Below, one piece after another: positions 1 to 13,757 of a stretch of 64,000 nt of DNA (position 1 is its first letter; every line of letters starts with the position of its first letter). The notes under the pieces were generated by a model that worked only from the letters and a program-made list of their open reading frames with translations, had not been told where the DNA came from and made no database searches. Source of the stretch: the human T2T-CHM13v2.0 reference genome, Homo sapiens; assembly GCF_009914755.1 (NCBI RefSeq), contig NC_060942.1; one strand, 5' to 3'. The translations under genes and the position numbers were made by a program.

Positions 1-519
1 TCCTGCACATCTTTGCCTTTTGGATTATTAGACATTTGGAGTATTACTAGGCAATTCTAGAGGAATGAATTATTTATCTACCCCCTAATTCTTCACTGTG
101 ACATAGGAACACTCAGGAAAAAAACCTCTTAGAACTTTTATGTTTATGCATAAGCATTTAAATTTTCATTAGGATGGGTTTTGAAACTGTTGTCAAACAA
201 ATTTAAATATGTGCATTTGTGTCTCTTTTTTACCATTAAAAATCTACCTTTAAAGATACACAACGAAAATATACTTTATCCTATATAATATTAGATATTT
301 TGTATATTTATGGCCAGAGTTGTTTTTCATGCAATTCAAATGATTACTGGTTTGATAAAAGATGGAAATAATCAATTCTCAAGCCTAATGAATACAATCT
401 TTTGAAAGAATTAAGATACAGTTCAACAAAAAAGTAAAATGCAGAGAATTGGAAAGCATATTTAACCTCACCAATTATCAAAGAAAGATAAATAAAAAAA
501 CAATTTATGTATGTAATTG

Positions 520-1070
520 GCAAAGAGTAGGTAAAATAAATGCACACATTCTAGTGATATAAATATATAGTACCATTATTGTGAATATAAGTTTCAGGAT
601 ATATTTATAAAATATATTAATATATTTTGATGCTGCATGATTATTTCTACCTTAATGAAATAATATGATATGGGTTATAATATTTCAAAAATTGGAATTA
701 TCTAAATGTCTGCCCTTAAAAAATTATTTAATAAATTATATATATATATCAATAAGATTAAATATTCTGAAGCTACTAAGAATCTCATTTTAAGTCGTGA
801 ATGACAGGAAAATGCTTCTGATAATTGCTTTTGATAAACAGAAAATTACTTTACAAAACCTTCTCCCTGAGTGTATGTGTGTATACATATTCATATGTAT
901 ATACTACATATATGTCTATACTATATATAGTATATTTTGAGTATTCACATATGTACATGTATATATTTATACATAAATATTATATATTTACAAAAATAAA
1001 TAAGTTTATATATGTAATGTGTATATATATGCCCTCATTGATGGTTACTGAATCCTACTGTTGGAATATT
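520..1070 (+). mobile_element. Highly decayed old L1 (L1ME-like) 3' fragment with TA-rich simple repeat
   Basis: Weak L1M-like motifs (aattggaattatctaaatgtc, attatttaataaattat). Boundaries approximate. Confidence 0.35.
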
Positions 1071-2654
1071 GTTGCATTTGCTTCAGTGATCCTTTTATGA
1101 CTGGTATTCTCAGAGCAAAGGTCATTCACAAAGAGAGTGTTTTGCTAAATCAGTGTCACAGAGTTATTTAAATTCTTTCTGACTTATATGTTCAAAATCA
1201 TATGGAAATTATCAGCAAAAATTATTTTAAAAAATCTGTCACTTGACAATTTATTAAATTTTAATATAAATTGGTTAAAAACAACTGAACCAACAGGCAA
1301 ACTATGTTTTATTCAGTCATTTAGGGGCATTTATTTTTACAATTTCTGAAAAGCATACAAATTGCTATACCAAGACTTCTCAAATGTCTATTACTTATAC
1401 CTGTTTTTCTTTTCACTTAGAGGTACCTCTTTTGAATGAATATCCTAAGAAAAAGGTAGAAAAAATGAAGTACAGTGTTAATTTCAATACATCTTTGGCA
1501 ATACAATATTTTAAATACAACTTCATTGACTTTAATATGTTAGTTAACAACAACGACATTCAGATTTCATTCATTCAATTTATGAAAGTGTCTGCTTTGT
1601 TTTTAGCAAAGTTTATCTCGACGTCAAATTAATTAGTGAGATCAGGCATACTTTTTCTTAGAAACAGTACAACTTCGCTGTCTTCAATTTATGTAAACAT
1701 ATCAAAACCTTTAGAGGTATATTATGAAAAACATTTGGAAAAAATAATTAATACTTAGAAAAGATTAAGTAATAATATTTTATGAAAGGGTAACATCCAA
1801 TGATGAGGATGTAATTAATATACCCACTTATAATAAGTTATAAAAAGAAGATAATCAATAGTCTTTCTCATTTAATGAGCGATGATGTAATTTTTTTAAA
1901 ATTGTGCTATTTATAAAGTATAAAATGCATGGTATTACTAGTTAAACATATATAAATGTGCTGCTTTGCTTTGGGGAAATATTAAGTAATAATCATTGCT
2001 AAAGCAATCAGAGACAACGCCAGTAAATTCTCATCTCACTATCAAATTTTCTGTATGCATTCAACGAAAGTTAAAATACATACGGCTAAGACAAATTGGT
2101 TTAGCAGTTAGCGTGTGATTCTATTTTTAGTTAACAGTAGGTAAAAAATGTTTAATATTTATAAAGTAAAAGAAGAGGATTAACTGTAATTATAATCCAT
2201 ATTTTATAATATGGTTTGTTCAAATATATTTTAACTATATTTTTACATAATGTACAGGAATTTCATAAGAAAGCATGTAAAAATTATTGGCGGATTTTAT
2301 CAATTACAAAATTAAAAAAATTATCATTGGAAGTATTCCAGTGACAATTAAATATAGTATCATTAAAGTGTTTTTCTTTCTAACTAATTATGGCCCTAGG
2401 GATGAGAATAACTGAAAAGAAATATTGCTTACATTGAAATCAGTGCAATGAGCCATAGTTTGATGTTCAGTAATTCTTATCAGTGTTTTTTCTGCTTTGT
2501 TCTCAGAAGACATTCCCACATAAAATCTCCTTCTTTGATGATCACGGGATGTGTAAGAGATCCATTCGTTAGATGAAAATTGCCATCAGCTTCACAAAAA
2601 ACACACCAGATGTATCCAATTTTAGAAAATTCCCACAAAGGTCCTGATCCCCCA

Positions 2655-2702
2655 TTTATTTATTTATTTATTTATTTGTTTGTTTGTTTGTTTGTTTATT
2701 TA
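2655..2702. repeat. Compound (TTTA)n/(TTTG)n microsatellite
   Basis: atttatttatttatt...tttgtttgtttgtttg read directly. Confidence 0.9.
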
Positions 2703-5127
2703 CTTGCCATGCTTCACCCTTAATAGAAATGTGTATGACAGTGAAATATAAAAAACCTACAAAGAATTTAAATATCTCCATTAATTTTTAAAGGAAAATA
2801 TATTTCAGTAATTTATTTTGTTTTGTGCTATAGAGTTTTTACTTCCACAAACAATGAATCATGTAAGTTTTAGGCATATATCTGTCTGTAAGTCTGCATG
2901 TAACAGCCTAAATATACAGAAACATTTCTGTTAACATGGTCCATCTTCACTCAGCCTCCCTATACTTGCCTCACTTAACCAACTGTTCTCAGTTCTTCTC
3001 AGGTATAAGATTCTACTCTAGCTTTCCATAGGATAGTATAAAAGTAGCCAAGAAGCTGACAGCTATAATTTTCCAGCTTTACTTAAGATTATGTTGTGGT
3101 CCAGATCAGCTTGTGTTGACTGAATTATTGTTTCCTGACTTAATGTCTGACCTCTGGATGACACTTTCTATTTGACGTAGATAGCATTTTTTTTAGTTTT
3201 CCTCATCGTTGGACTAAGTATCTTATATTTTGCTTGCTGTTTCAAGTTCATTTACCAAATAAGAGTATTTTCTGATATTTCTGAACTCTTTTATCTAGCA
3301 TGTACTGTACGTCTTACAAGAGTGAAATAATAAATGGCCATAAATGATAATGAATGCAGGGTAAGGCCAAGAACTTCACTGTATGGAAGTCTTAAGGCTT
3401 CATGTATATTTCCCCAAATATTATCTATGACATTTGACCTTCTGGAATGATCTTTTCAGGTCTCCTTGGAATTATTTCCAGATTCATGTTTTATATTTAC
3501 ATATTCCTAGTCTCCTTAAATCTGGGAATTTCACTATTTTTTTTCACTTAGCTAAATCATTACACTTGTAAGAATCCTCTTCAGTGAAATAGCTATTTGT
3601 CCAAACCCTCTCTTGTCTGCCCATGCGTTGTTTGTCTGTAGTACAATTTCCTTGGAACTTCCATTTATGAGAAATTGAACAAGACATTTTAAAATATCAA
3701 AATTATGGCTGCTTAAGTTTCCCATTTAAAAATGCTTTCTTCACTCTACAACGTTATAATAGGTTTCATAGCAAATAATATTATTCATTTTTATTAATTC
3801 TACCATGATAACCATTTGACTTGTTAGTGACCAATACATGTATATTTGGAATCACTAATGAATTCTAATTATAAAGAGCACTCAAAATGGTACTTTAATA
3901 ACACTTTGGGAAAACAGTAATTTATAATGATGACCCAGGATAGATTTTTAACTAGTGATGAAATTATCACAATTTTATCCTTGCTTATTCTTGAAATCCT
4001 CACGTGTCTCTCATCTGATTTTAGTAATCTTTTATACAAGTCACAGAGATTTAGAAAAAAATATATTCCAGAGAAACTATGAATATTTTCTGCGATGTAA
4101 GCTTTATAGAAAATTGTGATTTGACATGAACATGTACAAAGAATTCTCCATGAGGAAATAAATTTATTTTATCAATACTTAAAAAGTATTGTAAAATGTG
4201 GCATTAAAGCCACTTATTTACTCAGAAGCATTTGATCTAAACATTGCAATAAAATAATTTTGGAATAATTCTTTGTAGTTGATCTAAGTTTAGATTTTCA
4301 AAAGAAGCAAGAGAAAGTATTTGCTACTTAAATTTCTTTTTATCACAAAGACCAAAACATTATCTCAATTTAACTAAAATTTAATTAGTCAAACTGATGG
4401 AATTATAATCATCAAATATAATAAGCCGCCTGAAAAGTGTTTATATCCTCTGGGGAAAATATAATTTAAGAATAGTTCAGTTAAAGCTATTATTTTCATG
4501 TTCTAAAGATACAAAATGAGGTGATGTCAAAAAAATCCAGCTCTCATTCAATTTTTCCATTTGGTTTTAGGATGTAATATGATACCATGTTAAATTTTAC
4601 AGATTAAATAATCATCTTTAACTCCTCCTCAATTCCTATTTTCTCTTCACCAAATGCAGTTTTAGGGGGGTCAAATATTTAAAATTTTAACATAAGAACT
4701 GCAGAAAATAAGTTATGTCATCATTATAAGGAGGAACAACATAGTCTCATAAAATACTCACAAAGATAATCCCATATAAACATATTTGGGCTCAGTGTGT
4801 TTTTAGTTTGCTTGCTTTTACTTTGTGCTAATAGATCTAAACAGAAATGGTGCTTCACATTTCTAAATGAATTTGGATTAATTTAAGAAAAAAATTGTTA
4901 AGGTATAAAATTTATATTGTAACTATTCATAAGGAGCAAATAATCTTGTAAGAGCAGAGAAATACAGACATTTAAGTTAAAAAAAGTTTACTATAATAAT
5001 TTGGAGCCTGGAATCTAAGAACAGAGAGCAGATATTTATAGTCACAATAGTGGGATTATATAGGAGTGGTCATGACTGCATAGGATTTTCATCCTGAAAA
5101 GATACGTGGGTTACAAGGTGAAGAACA

Positions 5128-7385
5128 ACTTGAAAAAGCAACCAAGATGTCCTTTAGTAGGTGGATGGATAAACTGTGATATATTTGTATAATGAAATAT
5201 TATTCAATGATAAAAAGAAATGTGATATCAAGCGATGTGAAGATATGGATAAAGTTTAAACATATATTGGTAAGTGAAAGAAGCCAGTCTGAAAAGATAA
5301 TGTGTTCTACATTTCCATTTATATGACATTCTGGAAAAGGCAAACTTATAGAGATTGCAAATAAAACAGTGGTTGCAGAGATTCAGAGGAATTGAATAGT
5401 TGAAGCATAGGGGAGATTTTAGGGTGGTAAAATTTTCCATATAATATTGTAAGGGTGGATACATGATATTATGTATTTTTTTCAAAATCCATATAACTTT
5501 ATAGCACAGAGTGTCTTAATGTATACAATTTCTTAAAGTTATTTAACTGGTTAGGGGTTCCCAGAATGGGATGCAAACTGTAAAAAAAGGAATCTAAATT
5601 TACTACAAATGTACAAAATCTTACTGGTGAGGTGAATGGAAGGAGGTGTGCTAAACTAAAACTTTACAAATTAGTGAGTCTGTAAAACTAAAGGGGGGAA
5701 ACCATACACAATCACTGTACTCTAGTTGATAAAGTTTAATCCCAGGGGCAGGAACTGACAATTCTTATGCTGCTATACCTGCATCTTGGGGTTGAACAAC
5801 TGAATAAATGGATCATAGCTGATGGGAGCCAGGTTACACACTATTGCAGTGAGAATTTATAGGTAAGAAAGAGGGGGAAGCTAGAATTATCCACATGGTA
5901 ATGGATTAGAGATGGAGACTCCAATTAGAACTCATGCTAAGATTATAATGAGCCATGGTACATGTAGAAACATTTGCAGATAGAAGTGCACACACGAGTT
6001 AGTATAAACACATATATTCCCTTGCTCTGTTCACTGAGAGGGCCTAGAACCTATGACATTACAGTAGCAAAAACACCCTTAGACCCAGATGTTGATTTCT
6101 AACACCATTCTCCAATAAAAGGAAACAGGGAAATTTGGATTGTTAACCAACTGTGGCAAGAAATATATAAGATAGGCCTGGAACATATTTTTTTTTCTTT
6201 TCTTTTTTTTTTTTTTTTTTTTTTTTTTGAGGCAGGGTCTCACTCTGTCACCCAGGCTGGAATGCAGTGGCCCGATCTCAGCTCACTGAAACCTCTGCCT
6301 CCCAGGTTCAAGTGGTTCTCCTGCCTCAGCCTCCCTAGTAGTTGAGATTAGAGGTGCCTGTCACAATGGCTGGCTAATTTTTGTAATTTTAGTAGAGACA
6401 GGGTTTCACCATGTTGGCCAGGCTGATCTCAAACTCCCGAGATCAGATGATCGTCCACCTCAGCCTCCCAAAGTGCTGGGATTACAGGTGTTAGCCACCG
6501 CGCCCGGCCTGGAACATCTTTTTATGACAGAGTAAGAAGTGCTCAAACAAAACACAATGATGGGTTATGTCGAAAGGACACAGTAGCCAACAGAAAGAGC
6601 TCCAGTGGCCAAAGCTGGAATAATTTAAACAATAGCATTAATATAATAGTACATAGAGGCCAAATTATAAAATAAATACCCTTGAATCTATAGTGATTTA
6701 ATAAACAATTAAATAAGAAAATGGACAAGAAGAGACAAATTTCACATGCAGCATTCCAAATAACGTATATAAAGACTCTACCCTAAACAAGTGGGAGCAT
6801 TACTCTTCACTCTTTATGTGTAGGCTGCACATGGCAACTTCCTTCCAAAGAACACAATATGAAAAAGGAGAAAGAAAAAGAATAATTCTACAGTGGAAAA
6901 ATGAAACAAACACTAATTTAACCAGGTGACCATGGTTGACATAAACACTGATAAGTTTTGTTATTAATATGTGCCCTTGATGTTATGGGATAAGACTGAT
7001 ACTTTACCTCTGAGCATCCCCCTTGCCCAAAGGAAACATCACATAATCCCTGTATAAAGGTAATTGAAACATCAGACAAGTCCCAACTGAGAAATATTCT
7101 CCAAAATCCTGGACCAGTACTCCTCAGAATTGTCAAGGTCGTCAAAAGCAAGGAAATTTTCAGCAACTAGAACAGCTAAGAGGGATCTAAGGAGACTAAA
7201 CATAATATGTTACCTTGAAACTAAAAAGACATTAGGCAAAAAAAGGCAATTTGAACAAAGTATAGACTTCAGTTAATGACAATGTATCATTATTGGTTCA
7301 TTGATTGTGACAATGTAATGTAACATATTAATAATAGGATAACCTGAATGTGGAACATATACAAACTTCCTAAGTTCTTAAATTT
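5128..7385 (+). mobile_element. L1MC-type LINE 3' region (L1MC3-like), interrupted by an Alu
   Basis: L1MC motifs caaccaagatgtcc, aagtgaaagaagccagtctgaaaag, gacattctggaaaaggcaaac and the long 3' UTR motif ggccaaagctggaa. Confidence 0.8.
6188..6509 (-). mobile_element. Full-length AluS
   Basis: Poly-T followed by a reverse Alu ending cgcccggcc. TSD tggaacat(a/c)ttttt at 6179 and 6510. Confidence 0.97.
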
Positions 7386-8308
7386 ATATATTTCAATCAT
7401 TTTTTTTAAATTAAGGGGAATTAAGTAGATTCAGGAAGAATTATTTGGATTTCAGAGATAGGAGGCAAAGAGTATTAGGAAATATTGGTATATACAATAT
7501 GGAGATTAGAAGAAACATAACTCGGGTTTTCCATCTTGGGCCAAGAATATGAACTGTCTCACCACATTTCACGTGTGATGGGGCTATCCAAATGGAGATA
7601 GTGAATAGACAGTTCCTACCCGAGATATGAATTTTAAACTCCTATACAATGAAATATGTAGAGAGTTTAGGAGTAAGCCTTAACAAATTCTACATTTTGA
7701 TGCTTGTATTGATCCTGCCATGAAAACTGAGGAGAGGGAAGAAGGGATAATGGAAAACCCTGACTGCTGGTTGTCTCAGAAGGGAAGATACAACAGTATT
7801 TACAAAAAGAATCTAGTTAGCAGTAGTAACTGCTTTTAAGAATTCAAGTCAGTAAAAGACTGGAAAAGCTGCTCACTGGATTAAGCTACAGGCACTAAAG
7901 AGACATTATGGCAGAATGATAGTGGAATTGTGAGAATGTCAGATAAGCTACTGGGAAAACTAGTTTACCTTAATCTTCACTTGAAGTTCCTAAACTACTT
8001 TTACCTCTTCACATACTATATACAGGCAATTGCACTGAAAAGAGAGCAATAAAACCTGAATTGAGATAAGACAGGATTAGAGGCAGGATTTACCTAAAGT
8101 TTGCTGAGAATTCTTAGGGTTAAAAGGTCTTAAGAGATAGAATAATCTCCTAAAGTTACATTTACTCCCATGGCTTTAATTTTAGTGACTCACACTGATA
8201 ATTTTTATAGTTCATTGACTCTCGAACTTTGACTCACCTACATGTCTTGCTGATATGGCTAATTTAACATATCTGAATAATGATAAAATGAAAATGATAT
8301 TTACTACT

Positions 8309-8678
8309 TGTATTAGTCTGTTCTCAGGCTGCTAATAAAGACATACCCAACGTGGGTAATTTATTTAAAAAAAAAGGTTTAATGGATTCACAGTTCCACC
8401 AGACTTGTGAGGCCTCACAATCATGGTGGAAGGCAAAGGAGGAGCAAAGGCACATCTTACATGGAAGCAGGTGAGAGAGCATGTGCAGGGGAACTGTGCT
8501 TTATATTAATAAAACCATCAGATGTCATGAGATGTATTCACTATGATGAGAACAGCATGGGAATAACACACCACCATGGTTCAATTACCTCCCACTGGGT
8601 CCCTCCTATGACACGTGGGGATTATGGGAGCTACAATTCAAGATGAGATTTGGGTGGGGACACAGTCAAACTATACCA
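8309..8678 (-). mobile_element. THE1 (THE1C/D-like) solo LTR, ERVL-MaLR
   Basis: tgtattagtctgttctc...gagatttgggtggggacacagtcaaactatacca. Perfect 5-bp TSD CTACT at 8304-8308 and 8679-8683. Confidence 0.93.
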
Positions 8679-8683
8679 CTACT

Positions 8684-8905
8684 ATTTATTGCTTGCTTCT
8701 GATATGGAAAACACTGAGTTGACATTAAGCATGTGTTATTTCTTAGCCTCATGAGTACTCTGTAGTGATAGCCTTTCCATTTTACAGATGCAAAATGTGC
8801 AGTTTAGAACATTCCCAAGATTTCAGAACTAGTAAATTTTATAACCAGAAGTCACATATGGTTACCTTCAAACTTGTCACTAGTTTGATGACTCCATACT
8901 ACATT
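8684..8905 (-). mobile_element. MIR SINE
   Basis: MIR core ccattttacagatg and ttcccaagatttcagaactagtaaat. Confidence 0.6.
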
Positions 8906-8929
8906 CTAAAATAGAATATATCAGTTTAT

Positions 8930-9570
8930 TGTCGCCAAACTTTTAGTTTCTCCTTCATTCCTTATTTCAGTTAATAGCAGCTTCCTCAACCCAGTCAGTT
9001 TTGCCTGAAAAATGCCCAAGATTATCCTCTTATTTTCTTTTAAAACCAGCTGCTCAAAAAATACTGCTACTGATTCTCTCAAATATCTGCCTATCTCCCC
9101 CTTACCTCAAGCCATTGACAGAATTGAGGTCACATTTTCTTTTACCTGAATTATATCAATAGCCTCCCTATTGGTCACTTTGTCTTTAATCTCCTCCACA
9201 TACCTGATGCATTCTTCATAGAAATAAATCAAATCTGTATATGTGGGTCCCCTGGGGTTTCCAAGTTAAATTTCTCCATGGAACTCAGAAAAATAATTGA
9301 TATCTCATAGCCCAACACAGACGGCTTTCTATCATCTGGCCCCTGTATAACATTCCAGCATTATATTTTATCATAGCCATATGGGACCTTTTCTTTAGCC
9401 ATGGGAAACTGTTTTAAGTCCCATGAACATGCTGTGTTTTTCCATATATCTAGAGCATTGCTAATTCTTTTGCCTTAGCCTGAAATACCTTTTATTCCTT
9501 TCCTGTTTGTTAGTCTGCATAGCTTCTATTTTTCTTTAAAAAGTCAACCCAAAGATTATCTCAGATTCTT
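8930..9570. mobile_element. Decayed L2 LINE fragment
   Basis: L2-like phrases (atagcctccctattggtc, ccttagcctgaaatacc). Highly diverged. Confidence 0.4.
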
Positions 9571-9614
9571 CTTTTCTGCTACTCCTATGTTGCATTCTTA
9601 TATCAACTGGGCTG

Positions 9615-9815
9615 TGACAGTTGCTCAGACATTCATTGTGTTTGATCATCTTGGCAGTTTTGAGAAATGCTAGTCAGGTATTTTGTAAAATAGCTCTCAT
9701 TTGGGATTTATCTGATGTTTTAATCATGATTAAACAGGGGTTATATTTTTATTGGGGGGAAAGAGAAAAACCACAGAGGTAAAGTGCGTTCTCATTGTAT
9801 CATATCAAATGATTA
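9615..9815 (-). mobile_element. L1MC/MD 3' UTR fragment
   Basis: gtcaggtattttgtaaaat...gggatttatctgatgttt...cacagaggtaaagtg; reverse-homologous to the L1MC segment at about 7000-7160. Confidence 0.65.
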
Positions 9816-10851
9816 TGTTTCCATCTTCTGCACTGCTTTTACAACCTGCTCATAGCACAATTTTACCTTTTTAATTGATATTATTTTTACCTCATGTTCT
9901 TCTTTCAATTATGAATTCCCGAGGATAGGTTCTCTTAACACACGGTAGCTGCTCAATTAATGTTCTGTTTCCTTGAATGAAAATTACAGTGAAAAGTTTT
10001 AGAAGGTGTTTCTGATATTATGAGAAGTTATAAATTACATAATAAGTAAATTGTTAAAGGCAAATAATCAGAAATGATATCTTTTCCACAAAAGTGTATA
10101 CATATTTTCTATTGGATTACACAAGACAAAGGATATACAAGAGAAAAAATAATAAAAAGTTCATTATCAAAGAAGAAATGACACAGATAATTTTAGTACC
10201 CTGTCATCTAGTGGTGACTGATAAAAGGCCCAAAGAGTTTTATTGTTTTAATGAACTTTGAAGGTGTTACTATATTCTAAGTTGTTTTGTTGACATAACA
10301 ATTTGTATTTACATTTTGGTGTGTGTTTAAAACCAATTACCTAGTATAGTTGTCTTTTGGCATTAAAGGAAACAACAAATTTATTTTAAAAATATTTCTG
10401 CTTGAGTCTAGAGTGAACCAATAATCTGGTTGAACCATTTTCTGTTTTAAAGTCTATAATCAGTAAAGTTGTGGGAAAAAAGACAAAGGGATTAAAAAAC
10501 ATTTGAAAACAGAAATGAAAACCAAATGACAACTAAGATGTGCAAAGAAGCCATTTAAGTAAAGGGAATTCTAAAAAACGTAAGACAAAAATTGCCAAAC
10601 ATAACTAGCTATTCAATACAGAAGGGAAGCAAAGAGTAAGTATCATTAGGTTCCTGGGCAGTTTAATTTTAATTTCAACTCAGAAAGGTTTTTAGGACTA
10701 ACATGCTACAAAGAAATGCTCTAGAGTTCTCACTGGCTAGCAATGAGGAAACTACCTTGACTAGCTTAGGAGTGAAAATTTAGAAAGAAACACATCTGAA
10801 ATGAACCAATGATTTATGCCATGTAGTAGTTTCATACTGAGTATATATGCA

Positions 10852-11352
10852 TGTGAAGGAATGGTAATTGTCACTCAGTATCCATATTGTTCTTCTTCAT
10901 TTTATAATGAAACACCCACACATTTTAACAAGGTACGCAACAGTCAGTTAGGAGACTACATTTACTCAGCCTCTTTTGAAAATTACGGTGGAAAGTTTTA
11001 GATGTTCCTGATATACCTGTGACTAAGCTCTCGCAAGTCAAAGGTGAATTGTGAGCAACTGCTGCACCACGCCCTTATTGGGAGATTGACTGTTCCTACT
11101 GGAGACTGAATTGCAATTTAGTGCATAGGAACCAGTTTAGTTCCTATGAAATACCCCTAGAAGATGTCAGAAATCAGATGAAAGGAACTGAAGACTTGGT
11201 TACCTTGTGGTTCAGAGCAGCCTAACCACCAACACCTCCCCTTTTCCTCTGGATAGTTGTGTGGGAGAGGAAGATAAGGTTCTATTTTATTTGAGCTATT
11301 AAAGCTGTGGGTCTTTTTGTTGCAGTAACTTAATTGATACACTAATTAATAC
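10852..11352 (+). mobile_element. Old MLT1 LTR (MLT1I/J-like)
   Basis: gactacatttactcagcctc, tgtgactaagctct, and the 3' end gggtctttttgttgcag...ctaattaataca. Confidence 0.6.
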
Positions 11353-11841
11353 ACAATGCAAATGTTGATTTTGATGTAGTTGTAGACTAATATGGTAACT
11401 TTCATAATGGCTGCCTGCTTAATTGAAGATGTGAAATTCTTGTTCTTTGCAAAAGACCAGTGTGGGCGTTTGTCATTGGTTATTGCGAAAAAAGAAAAAA
11501 AAGCTTGTAAACCTTAACAGAAATTCATTAAAATTGTAGACATAGGTAATTTATTACAATTACATAAGGGGACTGTTACAGTCTTGTTTTGGAAACAAAC
11601 AAAAAAGGAACCAGACTAGAAAATAACTCTTTCGCCCTCACCTTCTGAACACCTGTTATCTAGGGAGAATTTGTAAAGGCACAGGGACAGCACAGGCTGC
11701 GCCATCCTGATTACCTGCATCAGCCCCCAGTCTTGGTCATGCTTTTCTTCGCTTACCTTTTCCTATGTCGCTCTTAATTTTAACAAGTCACTAGGCCATT
11801 TGATGACAGATACCCAAATATATCAAACATTATCTTAAGAG

Positions 11842-12155
11842 TTTTTTGGTTTTTTTGCTTGTTTGTGTGTTTTTTGAGACTGAGTCTCGCTCTGTTGCCC
11901 AGGCTGGAGTGCAGTGGCACAATCTCTGCTCACTGCAACCTCTGCCTCCTAGGTTCGAGATTCTCCTGCCTCAGTCTTCTGCATAGCTGGGACTACAGGC
12001 GCCCACCACCATGCCCTGATAATTTTTGTATTTTTAGTTGAAACAGGGTTTCACCATGTTGGCCAGGCTAATCTCAAACTCCTGACCTCAAGTGATCCAC
12101 CTGCCTTGGCCTCCTAAAGTGCTGGGATTACAGGTGTGAGCCACTGTGCCTGGTC
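11842..12155 (-). mobile_element. AluS (Sx/Sz-like)
   Basis: Complete reverse Alu dimer with a degenerate T-tail. Confidence 0.96.
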
Positions 12156-12856
12156 TCATGAGATAAATTTTATAGACTTAAAAAGATTTACTAATTCAAG
12201 AAAATTGAACAAGAAGCAGCAGGCTTTTGAGGTACAATGTTTCAGAAAATAAGGCCGCCAATTATTTTCATGACACTACAACATTGATTAAAATACATCT
12301 TGAAAAAACTTTGAATAAAATAATCTTGGAAATGTAAAATTCAAAAATATTGTCATCTGTGCAACAGAAATTTGATGTAAGTAGACATTAAATTTTTAGT
12401 TAATTTGTTATATTCCTTGGTATAATCTGCCAATTTCCTTCTTAAGTGAGATATTTAACATAGCACATTTGTCCTTCTGTGATCTTAAATAATGAAATAG
12501 GCCAGTGTTCTGTGATTGAAATGCATTCTTTTTCTGATGTTATTTGATTTTCCTGAAAATATGTATTGGTAAATAAAACCTTTACACAATTGTGAAATAA
12601 CTCTACCTGAGTTTTAACTGAGGTTCTAATATATTTTTCATCAGATGAGTTAGTAATAATATTCAACAATCAAATCAATAATAAGGAAATGTAATACATG
12701 GAAATATTGGCTTTATTTTATTAAAAAATCAGAAAACTTTTAGAAATAAACAAATCTGTTCAGAAAACTTCACCAAAGAAAATAATAGGTTTATTATTCA
12801 TTGCAAAACAGAAGTTATTTGTTGATTACTGAGTACAAAGTGGAGAGAGCATATAG

Positions 12857-13047
12857 GGAATACACCTTAGAGAGCTTTGAATAAAAACTGACTCCTGGGA
12901 CCATCTACAAATATTGGATTTAGTTGGTATGGAGTGGACTTCACACATTGATTTATTGAAAAAGTTTCTTTTGTGGATTCTAATGTGTGGCTGGTTTGAG
13001 AAATAGCATTCTTGAATAATTTGGAATAATCTATTATAAATATGTTC

Positions 13048-13085
<38 letters not shown>

Positions 13086-13165
13086 CAGTGGGGAGAGTTG
13101 TAGTTTGCAGCTATTGTTTTTGCTTTTTGGCTTGGGCTGCTCAGCTGTTTGAATAATTCCTAATG
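12857..13165 (+). repeat. Local duplication unit A, copy 1
   Basis: About 300 bp aligning end to end with 13461-13757, including a MER5 part, a (TG)n and unique flank. Confidence 0.95.
13050..13084. repeat. (TG)n microsatellite, about 17 units
   Basis: Read directly. The paralogous tract at about 13660 is much shorter. Confidence 0.95.
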
Positions 13166-13436
13166 TTCTTAATCTACTAAAAGAGTTTCATAAAACATAG
13201 TTAACCTGAACAAATAAAAAGGATAGTGGCAAGTCCAGTTTCTTAAAGGATAGGATTAAAGCAGTAATAGTTCATATTTTAATTATTTATAACTACACAC
13301 ACACCCCTAATATAAATAAGTAAATAGCCAGGTAATGCTGACACTGATGGTTAGTGGAACCTGCTTTGAGTAAGAGTAATTCTGTGAACTCCCTGCTTTA
13401 ATTTCAACCATTGCTCACCCACTCACAATAGATCTA

Positions 13437-13612
13437 AATTCTCTACTCTGACATCATATTGGAAACACCTTAGAGAGCTTTGAATAAAAACTGATTCCTG
13501 GGACCATCTTTAAATAATTGGATTTAGTTGGTATGGAGTGGACTTCACACACTGATTTATTGTAAAATTTCCTTTTGTGGATTCTAATGTGTGGCTGGTT
13601 TGAGAAATAGCA
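13437..13612 (+). mobile_element. MER5A1-like hAT-Charlie DNA transposon remnant
   Basis: Resembles MER5A (gagctt...ctgggacc...gatttagttggtatggagtgg...gattctaatgtgtggctggtttgagaa). A partial copy lies at 12857-13008. Confidence 0.55.
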
Positions 13613-13757
13613 TTCTTGAATAATTTGGAATAATCTATTATAAATATGTTTGAGTGAGAGTGTGTGTGTGTTGGAAGGGTGGAGGAGAGGTATAGTTTGC
13701 AGCTGTTGTTTTTGCTTTCTGGCTTCTGCTGCTGAGCTGTTTGAATAAATCCTAATG
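13461..13757 (+). repeat. Local duplication unit A, copy 2
   Basis: Direct repeat of 12857-13165 at an offset of 604 bp. Confidence 0.95.

Noticed and set aside
2507-2641. Exon-like segment after tttttctgctttgttctcag
   Set aside because: Stops occur in all three frames before the AAG|gtcctg site, and the donors are weak.
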